Shown: positions 11,201-19,692, counted from the first letter of the stretch. The stretch: 64,000 nucleotides of DNA from Akkermansiaceae bacterium (GCA_023261045.1 JALRJZ010000001.1:7088-71087), one strand, 5' to 3'. Numbers and translations: made by a program. The notes: a model not told the origin generated them from the sequence alone.

Positions 11201-13058
11201 AAAAATCTTGGCCGTTTCCACGGATAGAGGTTCCGATACGGTGAAGAACTCGCCTGGGTTTTTGTTGAAAGCTGCAGTTGACGCGTTTGTTGCGAACTTC
11301 CCAGTCGCGTAAACGATTCCCCCAATATCCTGGTCCCGGCCAAATGCGGTTTGGAGAGTTGTTCCAATCACTCGCAAAGGAACCATCTGCGGGTGATTCA
11401 GGATAAACCTCAAGTTGAATATTATCCACAAAGCGAAGCAAGCCGTCTCCTTGGCTGGGAGTGCGAAATTGGATTCCTATTTTTTTGCCCGCGTAGGAGT
11501 CGGCGAGTCCTGGTGGAATGGCGAGGTGAAAATGTTGCCAAGGGGTTGTTCTTTCTTGGGTAAGATGAAATGTTCGGCTTGCAATGATTTGTTTCGAATC
11601 ATTTTCCTCGACGTAAGCTTCAGCGATCATTTGAGCCGTTTGCGGTGTCGGAGGGGCTGGGGGAAGCGCAGGATCATCGTCATTTACTGAGAGGCGAAAA
11701 TCTGCGACTCGCCCGAAGCCAGTTGCTCCATCTCCATTGTCAGCCTGAAAAGCGACAAAAAGTTTTTTGCCAACGGCGGACGCGGGAATCGGATCGAAAT
11801 TCGCCTCAAAAGATTCAAAGGTGTTATTCTGACTGGAGAAGGGAGTCAGAAGTGTTTGTAAAATCGTGCGGGGTCCGAGGATTTCGTCATTGGAAGTCGT
11901 ATAGAGAAAGACGGCGACGCGATCTGCTGCATCGTTCCAATTTGAAGCATCACGCCAAACAAATTTCACGGTGATGACATCATCTTCAGCGAGAGTATGC
12001 CCTGTTTCATTTGCGAAAACGGTTGGTGTGGCAAGTTGATTGAGGACAGTGGTTCGTATCCCATTGTAGAGAATGTTGGTTCGCGTGCACTGAGCGTTTT
12101 GATTGCCATTCAGATTGGTCCAGAAAGGGGTTTGATCAAAAGTTCGTGAGTCAGCTATTGAGGGGTCCTCAGAAAAATCACCATTTCGCAAACTTGGTCC
12201 AATCAGAAGGGGGTTAAACAGGGACAAAACGAAATCATCAACTTCTGCGAATCCATTTTTTTGCCCATTCCCATCGACGCCTTCCAGAAGGACGAAGAGT
12301 TTTTTCCCATCTGCTAGAGAGGGGATGGGCGAAAAGGTGCCTTGAAAAACCTCGTAGGAATGATCAACCGTGGAGGGACCAGAGAGCATCGATTCCACGT
12401 CGGTGCGCCTTCCGGTAGGCGTATCATTTGAAGTGGTAAAGAGAGTCACTCGAACTTGATCGGTGGAGTCATCCCAATCTGTTGAATCACGCCAGCGGTA
12501 AGAGATTTCGAGTTTCTGATTTTGGGTAAGGAGATAGCCAGTCTCAAGTGCGAAGAGGCGATTTCCCGCGTCACTCAAAAGCGCCCTGCGGCTTTCTCCG
12601 GGTGTATCACTGAATGTTGTCGCTTGCGCATTTTGGTCTCCTGAGAAATTAAACCAATGGGGTGTTTCAGTAAAAATACGGTAGTCAAAAGAGGAAGTAT
12701 CTTGATCGAAGTTACCATTAAGGAGAGCTCCCCCAACAATTGCGCCTTCTGGAATAAACGAGGTGTCCGGTGCAAGTGCGGCATCAAAGCGAAGAGAAAA
12801 TGATTCGCCTGTTTTGATCACATGAGAAGTAAGCTGCTGAGCACCGCCTGCGTCGTCAAAGAGGGTTTTCCATCTGCCATTTCCGTAGTCGGTGTCCCCT
12901 TCGGAGAGAACGCCCTCTCCCTCCCACCCGAGGATTTCAGGATGCGAGAGTGTCGTGCCGTCAATGTTGTGATTGATTTCAAAGCTTGGATTTACCAAGT
13001 CAATCGGTTCAGCGAACCCGATAGCGACGATTGTTGGACTCAGAAACAATCTCTTCAT
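8244..13058 (-). CDS. 1604-aa secreted multidomain protein: repeated jelly-roll domains, PhoD-like metallophosphatase core, Ig-like domain, TSP3-like Ca-binding repeat and C-terminal module
   Basis: Signal-like MKRLFLSPTIVAIGFA. PhoD/metallophosphatase motifs: LLLALGDQIYEG, IPDDHDVFQGNLWG, EDRKFKTG, LAGDQHIGTLVHHG. Two about 170-aa repeats at aa 112-281 and 288-458. DPDDDGFTNDQEYQFQTDP. Starts 12 nt after the stop of the upstream 616-aa gene. Confidence 0.85.
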   Translation of the reverse strand: MKRLFLSPTIVAIGFAEPIDLVNPSFEINHNIDGTTLSHPEILGWEGEGVLSEGDTDYGNGRWKTLFDDAGGAQQLTSHVIKTGESFSLRFDAALAPDTSFIPEGAIVGGALLNGNFDQDTSSFDYRIFTETPHWFNFSGDQNAQATTFSDTPGESRRALLSDAGNRLFALETGYLLTQNQKLEISYRWRDSTDWDDSTDQVRVTLFTTSNDTPTGRRTDVESMLSGPSTVDHSYEVFQGTFSPIPSLADGKKLFVLLEGVDGNGQKNGFAEVDDFVLSLFNPLLIGPSLRNGDFSEDPSIADSRTFDQTPFWTNLNGNQNAQCTRTNILYNGIRTTVLNQLATPTVFANETGHTLAEDDVITVKFVWRDASNWNDAADRVAVFLYTTSNDEILGPRTILQTLLTPFSSQNNTFESFEANFDPIPASAVGKKLFVAFQADNGDGATGFGRVADFRLSVNDDDPALPPAPPTPQTAQMIAEAYVEENDSKQIIASRTFHLTQERTTPWQHFHLAIPPGLADSYAGKKIGIQFRTPSQGDGLLRFVDNIQLEVYPESPADGSFASDWNNSPNRIWPGPGYWGNRLRDWEVRNKRVNCSFQQKPRRVLHRIGTSIRGNGQDFSFSVRTGLASGTLGTGAKTGFLIGAGPNLDWRGALLVHDGLGRDFGTFLGINHQGAAIIDDLSQGGLNQISIGAIPPTGFQTDQRLELTAAYQPFLGTYLLTIKSFDSQDTLLSTASTNVSSDRILGSFGLLSNRSNLGAAFWFDDFEGTGAALQPEHDRNLSIIGALHTLHQGTLRISAHVPPVALSSTPPLILETWNGNSWVERKTASIDNTDNLSSYTATFEVPNWEQSADTPYRISILVDQNRYYWHGTIKKNPIDRNDLVVINTSCQRIADGNIELDTMDWSPVKIWHPHLLAYAHIEKHQGDLLLALGDQIYEGQPTPENSDTDFNRQYDYLYKWYLWLLQVRHLSRDLPTISIPDDHDVFQGNLWGEGGISTSNQSTGGYEEPASWVRLVERTQTSHMPPGDPYHPIQPAPSIEQGIEVYFTSINYGGVGFAVLEDRKFKTGSQNYPSDPNQQFLLGERQKQFLRDWSKDWSGQQLKCIVSQTPFGMIHTHAATGYGFGINDRDSNGWPTHRREEAWELFRMTRSFQLAGDQHIGTLVHHGIQKPVDAGYSFTSPAISNFFPRVWDPEHQSAGRTEIISPYKGDFYLNGVGQLPTGSANLSSQLPGHIRVIGAANPLEYYNQTSNINPPNLHDRSAGYGVIRINKTTREITFECWPLHADPEYPQTGSQFPDWPVTIKQTDNDGRTPAGYLSPINTLSEKNPVISVYQEQSGELLYSMRFLGHLVRLPVFDLSKTYRVEISYGDGGILETRNNLVASPEGAPSIHSFSAIQPSIFAGTETLLQWNVEGIATLTIDQGLGEVTDRTVHGIGHILVAPTQDTTYTLTLNESMKAEATVLVFKTKPQWLKSHFTSQQLENLSVSGDEADPDDDGFTNDQEYQFQTDPLDHQSLPKLTSKVVKNDEFITLDFTSSFPLGSKLCTLRIEKSDDLEIWSPLAADSYREISRLSQQTGETTKITVRLTEALPRQEHQYYRATWGP

Positions 13059-13070
13059 GGTGACTTGGAG

Positions 13071-14921
13071 CTACTGAGAGTTGACGCGCCAAAAGTGGAA
13101 AAGACCTGTTGCTGATGGATCACTGAAGGAAAAGATAATTTCACCGGGTTGAGTGACACGATCTTCAGTGCCATCCAGGGGAATGCGGATCACCTTGTTT
13201 TGAAAAGTGAGATCAGCTGAGCTTTCGATGGTGAATTGAGGTGCTCCTGAATCGACGAAGCGAAGCGTTGTGTTTCCGGTCTCAGGATGATGCTCAAGCG
13301 ACGTGATTTTGAGCTCTCCGGACGTTTCGATCAATCTTTGGTAATTTGCCTTTAGAGAAACATTATCGATATTTAGGAACGTTGTTCTTGGTCCGGAGGC
13401 GATGATGCGCAGACGAAAGTGATTTCCAATCCATGGACTGTTTCTCTGGATTTCAGGAGTGGTGAGAGAGATCGTTTGGTAATCAAAACCTCCATTGGTA
13501 AAAGTGAACGGCTGAGAGAGCCAGCGAGGAGCGTTGTTTTGGCCATTAACTCCATCGTTCACGAGCTGTCCATTCTCATCGAGTACTTCGACAATGACTT
13601 CAAAGTTTTCGTTCGTCCAGTTGGTTCCTCCCTGAATGGCAAACTCGATATCGAGCGTGTCTCCGGCATGAATCATCCAGTCAGCAGCTGAGATCTCAAG
13701 GGCGGGTTGAACTCGTTGTTCTCCATCATTGATCAGTTGCCATCCGGAGGTTTGTCCGTGTAGGAGACCCGTTGCGGGTGACTGATCAAGCGTTGCTACG
13801 ATGTTCTCTCCCTCTGGGCTAAAGCTACTGATCCAGTGGGGCGTTTCCGTGATCGTTTGACCGGCCTGCCCCTCTTCAAACCCTCCATTTCGAATGGATG
13901 TTTCATGAATCCCATTATCAAGGCCATCATCATAGTCGACGAGGAGGGTTGATCCAGTTTCGAATTGCTCTGCTCCGTTTGAGATAGTGGCTGAAATCGG
14001 GATGACAAGGCCTTGCTCTGGGGGAATCGTTTCAATGACGAGTGTCCCTGTGTATTCATTAAATTGGCGTCCCCCCTGCGCGGTAATCTCAATTTCAAAA
14101 AGCTCTCCTGGCGCTATGGACGATCCAATCGGAGGGGTTTCGGTGATTGAAAAGACGGAATCACTTTGATTAGTGAGAGTCACAGAGGTAATTCCAAGGG
14201 AATTGGTTACACCTTGATTTTTGAAACTCATGACCCGTGACGTATTGCTAATGGAAGTGGGGTGAATGAGATCACCAAAATCGAGGGTGCCCGCTTCTAT
14301 TCGCAGAATTGGATCTGATTCCAAAGCCCCAACCGAGAGTTGAAAGTCATCAAGCCTACAGAAACCATTTCCATCGTCACTGATCGTATCAATGGCGACA
14401 AAGACGGTGCGCCCTGCGTAGGTCAAATCCGCTACGAAAAAATCGTTCGCGCTGACTGTCTCGTAGGTGTTGTTGATTGTTGAATAGGGAGAAGCACTGC
14501 TTGCGATAATGGTTCGCTCCGATTCAATGAGGTCATCGGCAGTGACAAACAAAATGATATTTACCTGATCGGTCTGATCATTCCAATTAAAGGCGTCGCG
14601 CCATTGGTAGCTCAATGAGAAGCTGTCTCCTTCCGAGAGAGTATGTTCAGTGCTCTGCGCCATCAACTGACTTGCGGCATGGCTGATTTGAGCATTTCGA
14701 GAACCAGATACGTTCGTGAGATTCGTTCTTGAACAGATGATGGTCGAAGCGCCTGAAATGTTTTCCCAAAAAGGGGTTTGTTCGAAGTTTCTCTGGTCAG
14801 AAGGATCTTCGTCTTCGTTAAAGTCACCATTTCTCTGGCCGGGGCCAATAAGAATTGTTTTTTGAGCATGAAGCGGGGGTGCCAACAAGAGTGTCAGAAA
14901 GGTTATTGAGAGGGCCTTCAT
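13071..14921 (-). CDS. 616-aa secreted protein: a paralogue of the repeated jelly-roll domain, a choice-of-anchor-D/ASH-like Ig domain, a second jelly-roll and a C-terminal module
   Basis: Signal peptide MKALSITFLTLLLAPPLHAQ. Residues 25-197 align with the repeats of the 1604-aa protein (NGDF, QTPFW, NAQ, WRD..NWND..DQV, RLDDFQLSV). LDFGDL...FKNQGVTNSLGITSV...IAPGELFEIEITA resembles choice-of-anchor D. The protein ends ...HFWRVNSQ. Confidence 0.8.
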   Translation of the reverse strand: MKALSITFLTLLLAPPLHAQKTILIGPGQRNGDFNEDEDPSDQRNFEQTPFWENISGASTIICSRTNLTNVSGSRNAQISHAASQLMAQSTEHTLSEGDSFSLSYQWRDAFNWNDQTDQVNIILFVTADDLIESERTIIASSASPYSTINNTYETVSANDFFVADLTYAGRTVFVAIDTISDDGNGFCRLDDFQLSVGALESDPILRIEAGTLDFGDLIHPTSISNTSRVMSFKNQGVTNSLGITSVTLTNQSDSVFSITETPPIGSSIAPGELFEIEITAQGGRQFNEYTGTLVIETIPPEQGLVIPISATISNGAEQFETGSTLLVDYDDGLDNGIHETSIRNGGFEEGQAGQTITETPHWISSFSPEGENIVATLDQSPATGLLHGQTSGWQLINDGEQRVQPALEISAADWMIHAGDTLDIEFAIQGGTNWTNENFEVIVEVLDENGQLVNDGVNGQNNAPRWLSQPFTFTNGGFDYQTISLTTPEIQRNSPWIGNHFRLRIIASGPRTTFLNIDNVSLKANYQRLIETSGELKITSLEHHPETGNTTLRFVDSGAPQFTIESSADLTFQNKVIRIPLDGTEDRVTQPGEIIFSFSDPSATGLFHFWRVNSQ

Positions 14922-14994
14922 GATAATGAGAGGTTTTAGGCTGGCAGTTGCTGGCTCGAGTGGGATTGGGTCAATCTCAGCTTCTCTGGAGAGG

Positions 14995-15885
14995 TTAGTT
15001 GCCGACTAAGTAAGTGCGCATGTTTTCGAGGATTTCAGCGAGTCTCTCTTTGTTGCCTCCCCCGACTTCGGCAGTGGCCCAACCTTGATAATCAATTTCT
15101 TGCAGTGCTTCTCGGACAGCAGGCCAGTCCACATCTCCTGCTCCGATTTTAGAAAATCCGCTTTTGATGCCCCAGTCTTTGACATCAAGTTTCACAATAT
15201 GCTTTCCGAGAGTTTTAATCCACTGCGCTGGTTTGCCAAATTTCTGATGGTTTCCGATGTCAAAGTAGGATCCGACCCAAGGAGAATTGATTTCGTCGAG
15301 GTAGTTTTTCAACTGATCTGCGCTCTGAGTATTCGGCCCCTTGGGATCGTAGAACATTCCATTCCAGACGTTTTCGATGAGTATATGGATCCCTCGTTTA
15401 GAGGCGAGGGGAAGGGCCTTTTGGATGCCAGCAATCGATCGCTCCCACGCCTGTTGATGAGTGGTTCCTTTTCCAACCACGCCTGGGACAAGAAGAACTG
15501 AAGAGCCGCCAATAGCATGAGATTGTTCAATGCATTTCAGAAGTCCTTGCAGGGCTTTGGCGCGTTCTTCTTCGGATTCTCCCGAAAGTTTAGTTCCCCA
15601 GTGAATCCCATTGACTACTCCATGAATTGGTAAGTTCGCAGCTTTCGAGGCAAGGCGAAAGTCTTCTGGATTGTTTTGAAAGGGAGCCCCACCCTCCACA
15701 CCATCAAAACCAAGATCTTTTAAAACTTGATACTTTTCCGTTAAGGTTCCTTGAACGCCAACCATGCCACTTTTTACTGCGAGAAAAAATCTTCCATGGT
15801 TTGGTTTCTTTTCTTCCAAATGATGATCAGCAAAGAGTGAAGCAGTAGCGGTGACAGTTGTGGTAAGAAATTGGCGGCGGTACAT
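14995..15885 (-). CDS. Tat-exported sugar phosphate isomerase/epimerase (xylose isomerase-like TIM barrel)
   Basis: Tat-like N-terminus MYRRQFLTTTVTATASLFA. TIM-barrel family features: GFDGVE, IHILIENVWN, YFDIGNH, HIVKLDVKD. Confidence 0.85.
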   Translation of the reverse strand: MYRRQFLTTTVTATASLFADHHLEEKKPNHGRFFLAVKSGMVGVQGTLTEKYQVLKDLGFDGVEGGAPFQNNPEDFRLASKAANLPIHGVVNGIHWGTKLSGESEEERAKALQGLLKCIEQSHAIGGSSVLLVPGVVGKGTTHQQAWERSIAGIQKALPLASKRGIHILIENVWNGMFYDPKGPNTQSADQLKNYLDEINSPWVGSYFDIGNHQKFGKPAQWIKTLGKHIVKLDVKDWGIKSGFSKIGAGDVDWPAVREALQEIDYQGWATAEVGGGNKERLAEILENMRTYLVGN

Positions 15886-15956
15886 ACGTTTGAGGATATG
15901 AAATAAAATCGCATCTTTAAAATAGAAATCTTAGGGATCCAGCGTAAGAAAAAGCC

Positions 15957-18278
15957 ATGAGAGATCTCATTACCGCAATCACCATGGCCACAAGCTTGTT
16001 GGCATGGGCCGAGGTCTCTTTTGAAAAAGAAATTCGCCCCCTGCTCGAGGATTACTGCTTCGATTGTCATGCCGATGGGTCATCCAAGGGGGATTTTTCA
16101 ATGGATCACTATCAAGATCTTTCAGCGCACCTTCAAGATGTTGATCATTGGTTGGCAGTCTGGAGGAATGTGAGGGCTCAAATCATGCCTCCACCGAAAA
16201 AAGACCAGTTGCAGTCTGATGAAGTTCGCCAACTCCTCTCATGGATTGAAACTCAGGTTTTTCGCCTCGATCCGAACAATCCCGACCCAGGGCGAGTCAC
16301 GATCAGGAGGCTTAATCGGATGGAATACCATTATACCATCTCTGATTTGCTTGGGGTTGATTACCAGACTTGGGACAAGTTCCCAGCGGATGATACTGGT
16401 TATGGATTTGATACGATTGGGGATGTTCTTTCCATTTCCCCGCTTCATATGGAGAAATATGTTGAGGCAGCTGCTGAGATCGTCAATTTGGCTTTGCCTC
16501 AAGATGCGGCGACAAGGATTCCAATAAGAATCGTCCAAGGGAGTCTCTTTCGCTCTCCCGATAAGACAATTGCTAGCAGCAGTGACTTGCTCCCGCTCAA
16601 AGCGGCTCAAGGAGTCTTGGCAAATGTGAATGCTCCGGCGAGAGGTTCTTATGAAATTCATTTGGATTACGCTGTCAAAGGGGCGAGCGAGGCGAGTGAT
16701 CAAAGTGCTTACCTCGAGGTCAGTATCCGTGGAAAAAAAGTTGCCGAGAGGGCCATCGGCTGGGACCAGCGCCAACGTATTCGCCTCTCCGGTCAAAGCG
16801 TTCTTCTCAAAGGGGAAAATCAGATTGAGGTCAAAATCATCCCAAAAGATCCTCCAGCCGAAGGGCAATCAGAGCAGTATGTTGAGCTTCAGCAAGTGGA
16901 GCTAAAAGGCCCAATGGATGGCAGCTATCAGGAGTATCCAAAAGGATACCGGATGATCATGGTTGATGGTCCAGCTCCAGAAGACATGAGAGCGCGAGAG
17001 ATCTATGCTGCTAAGATTATGAAAAGCTTTGTGAGCAGAGCTTACCGTCGGCCTCTCGATCAAGGAACGATCTCTCGGTTGGTACAAATGGTAATGGAGG
17101 AGGACCGGTCTCCCGGGAAAACTTTTGAAGATGGAATTAAACTCGCAATGACTGCGGTGTTGGCATCACCTCGTTTTTTGTTTCGAGCAGAAATTCAGCC
17201 CGAGCCAAATAACAAGGGGACAACGGTCTTGCTTGATGAATTTGCGCTCGCTTCGCGTCTTTCTTTCTTCCTATGGAGTTCAGTCCCCGACGATGAGCTC
17301 CTCAGTCTCGCCTATCAAAAGAAACTCCGAGAGAATTTAAGGGCGCAGATTGACCGGATGCTCGCAGATCCAAAATCACAACGGTTTGTAAAGAGTTTCG
17401 TGGGGCAGTGGTTACAGGCACGTGATGTGGAAACCAAAGCGATTGATGCACGCAAAATCGCGGGGCTGAACGATCAGGGACAAGCCGATCGATTGATGAA
17501 TAACCAAGTGAGGCGCGATATGCGTCTTGAGACCGAAAAGTTCTTTGAGTTTATCCTAAAAAATGATCGGCCAGCAGAAGAGTTGATCTCAGCGCGCTAC
17601 AGTTTTTTAAACGAGAGGTTAGGAGAGTTTTACGGAATCAAGGGGGTGCAGGGCGATGATCACCGGCTTGTTGACCTCCATGAGCATCCAGAACGAGGAG
17701 GGCTTTTAACACAGGGAACCTTTTTGATTGTGACGTCTAATCCCACGCGAACTTCCCCAGTAAAACGAGGCCTCTTTGTGTTAGACAACCTCCTTGGAAC
17801 TCCCGCGCCTCCCGCACCTCCAGGGATTCCTGAGCTAGAAGAAGTTGCTCATCAACAAGGCAAGCCACTGACGATTAGAGAAATGATGGTCATTCATCGG
17901 CAAAAACCACTCTGTGCTAGTTGCCATCAGCGGATGGATCCAATCGGTCTAGGTTTAGAAAACTTTAATGCGATCGGACAATATCGCACGACTGATCAAG
18001 GAGAGCCGATTGATACGGGAGGGCAGTTAATTAGTGGAGAACGTTTCACGGATGTTGCGACGCTCAAAACAATTCTCGCCAATGAAAGACGGGATGATTT
18101 TTACCGCTGTTTGAGCGAAAAACTACTCACCTACGCAACAGGTCGAGGCACTGAGTATTTTGACGCGGTGACAATTCATCAGCTCGTGGAGAGACTCAAA
18201 GCAAATGGAGGCCTTCTCAAAGAGTTAGTGGTAGGGGTCATCGAAAGCGCTCCTTTTCAAAAGCGCCGAGGAGGATAA
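15957..18278 (+). CDS. DUF1592/DUF1588/DUF1585-family protein with an N-terminal planctomycete-type cytochrome c motif
   Basis: Haem motif CFDCH within IRPLLEDYCFDCHADGSSKGDFSMD. A long conserved region includes FFLWSSVPDDELL and SNPTRTSPVKRGLFVLDNLLG, and a C-terminal CASCHQRMDPIGLGLENF. This is the typical partner of the following DUF1552 gene. Confidence 0.9.
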   Translation: MRDLITAITMATSLLAWAEVSFEKEIRPLLEDYCFDCHADGSSKGDFSMDHYQDLSAHLQDVDHWLAVWRNVRAQIMPPPKKDQLQSDEVRQLLSWIETQVFRLDPNNPDPGRVTIRRLNRMEYHYTISDLLGVDYQTWDKFPADDTGYGFDTIGDVLSISPLHMEKYVEAAAEIVNLALPQDAATRIPIRIVQGSLFRSPDKTIASSSDLLPLKAAQGVLANVNAPARGSYEIHLDYAVKGASEASDQSAYLEVSIRGKKVAERAIGWDQRQRIRLSGQSVLLKGENQIEVKIIPKDPPAEGQSEQYVELQQVELKGPMDGSYQEYPKGYRMIMVDGPAPEDMRAREIYAAKIMKSFVSRAYRRPLDQGTISRLVQMVMEEDRSPGKTFEDGIKLAMTAVLASPRFLFRAEIQPEPNNKGTTVLLDEFALASRLSFFLWSSVPDDELLSLAYQKKLRENLRAQIDRMLADPKSQRFVKSFVGQWLQARDVETKAIDARKIAGLNDQGQADRLMNNQVRRDMRLETEKFFEFILKNDRPAEELISARYSFLNERLGEFYGIKGVQGDDHRLVDLHEHPERGGLLTQGTFLIVTSNPTRTSPVKRGLFVLDNLLGTPAPPAPPGIPELEEVAHQQGKPLTIREMMVIHRQKPLCASCHQRMDPIGLGLENFNAIGQYRTTDQGEPIDTGGQLISGERFTDVATLKTILANERRDDFYRCLSEKLLTYATGRGTEYFDAVTIHQLVERLKANGGLLKELVVGVIESAPFQKRRGG

Positions 18279-18333
18279 GCTCTTCGGAGTGATTTTTGTG
18301 AGAAAATCTCGAAAACTATCGTAAAGTCTCGTT

Positions 18334-19692
18334 ATGAAGCAACCTCTCCAAGTGAGCCGCCGCAATTTTTTGCGTGGGTTTGGCGCTGCCGTGGCGATGC
18401 CTGCTCTCGATTCGTTAAACCCTCTCAGGGCTGCGGGAAGTCATGGAGTGGCCACCACTGTTGGGGGGAGCCCTTTACGCATGGCGTATCTTTCGGTGCC
18501 CAATGGGGTCAATGTGGAGAACTGGCGTCCTGAAGGGGTTGGATCTCATTACAAGCTTGGTAAATCGATGGCTCCCCTTGAGGGTCTCAAGCAAGATATT
18601 CAGGTTTTTACAGGTTTTGCTCATAAGCACGCAACCCCGGGTCGTGATGGGGCCGGAGACCATGCACGTAGTACGGCCACTTTTTTGACTGGTCAGCGCG
18701 CGAAAAAGACAGCGGGTTCGGATATTAAAGTGGGGGTTTCTGTCGACCAAGTTGCTGCTCGTCATGTGGAAGAGTTTACTCGCTTGCCTTCCCTTGAGCT
18801 GACTTGCGATGGGGTTCGGACTTCGGGGAATTGCGACTCTGGATATTCATGTGCCTACCAGTTTAACCTATCTTGGCGTTCGGAGACTCAGCCGATGACT
18901 CCGGAGGGTAACCCGCGGCAGGTTTTTGAGAGGCTTTTTGGGGCGGGTGCGAGCCAGGAACGTTCTCAAAGCCTCGCTCAGCGTCTCGCTTCCAAGAAAT
19001 CGATCCTCGACTTCATTTCTGATGATGCCAAAGCGATGCACCGGCATCTGGGTCGCAACGATCAGCAAAAGCTAGATCAATACCTAACGGGAGTCCGCGA
19101 AATCGAGCGACGCGTTGAAAAAAGTGACTCTCTCGGCAAGGTGATTGATCCTGGTGTCCCGGCCCCAACAGATCGTCCCGCAAATTACTCGGAGCACATT
19201 AAGCTGATGATGGATATGATGGTTTTGGCATTCCAGACTGATTCGACTCGTGTCTCGACGTTCCTCTTAGCGCATGACGGCAGTAATCGTTCTTTCAATG
19301 AGATCGGCGTTTCCGATGGACATCACAATATTTCTCACCACAAAGGTAAAAAAGAGAATCTTGAGAAGATCCAAAAGATCGATGAATTCTACCTCGCAAA
19401 ATTGGCCTACTTTTTACAGAAGATGAAAGATACTGAGGATGTGGATGGGCAGTCGCTTCTCCACAATTCCATGATCGTCTACGGAAGTGGGATCTCGGAT
19501 GGGAATCGTCACAATCATAATGACCTCCCTGTGATTGTTGCAGGCCATGCGGGAGGCGCTTTCAAAGCGGGCCGCCATGTTGATCTTCGCGAGGAAGTTC
19601 CTCTTTCAAATCTATATGTTCGGATGCTCAATGAATTTGGAATCTCAGATAAGAACTTTGGCGATTCGACAGGAGCTCTGAAAAATATCTAA
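18334..19692 (+). CDS. DUF1552 domain protein (Tat signal)
   Basis: Tat signal SRRNFLRGFGAAVAMPAL. Family-typical segments: FLTG, SLELTCDG, DQYLTGVREIERR, DSTRVSTFLLAHDGSNRSF, HHNISHH, MIVYGSGISDGNRHNHNDLP. Confidence 0.9.
   Translation: MKQPLQVSRRNFLRGFGAAVAMPALDSLNPLRAAGSHGVATTVGGSPLRMAYLSVPNGVNVENWRPEGVGSHYKLGKSMAPLEGLKQDIQVFTGFAHKHATPGRDGAGDHARSTATFLTGQRAKKTAGSDIKVGVSVDQVAARHVEEFTRLPSLELTCDGVRTSGNCDSGYSCAYQFNLSWRSETQPMTPEGNPRQVFERLFGAGASQERSQSLAQRLASKKSILDFISDDAKAMHRHLGRNDQQKLDQYLTGVREIERRVEKSDSLGKVIDPGVPAPTDRPANYSEHIKLMMDMMVLAFQTDSTRVSTFLLAHDGSNRSFNEIGVSDGHHNISHHKGKKENLEKIQKIDEFYLAKLAYFLQKMKDTEDVDGQSLLHNSMIVYGSGISDGNRHNHNDLPVIVAGHAGGAFKAGRHVDLREEVPLSNLYVRMLNEFGISDKNFGDSTGALKNI

Noticed and set aside
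16239-16868. 209-aa antisense ORF inside the DUF1592 gene. Similar cases lie at 31958-32617 inside nrdA, 49190-49846 inside the ABC-F gene and 51132-51593 opposite the oxidase.
   Set aside because: Each lies wholly within a gene with strong family motifs on the other strand and has no recognisable features of its own.
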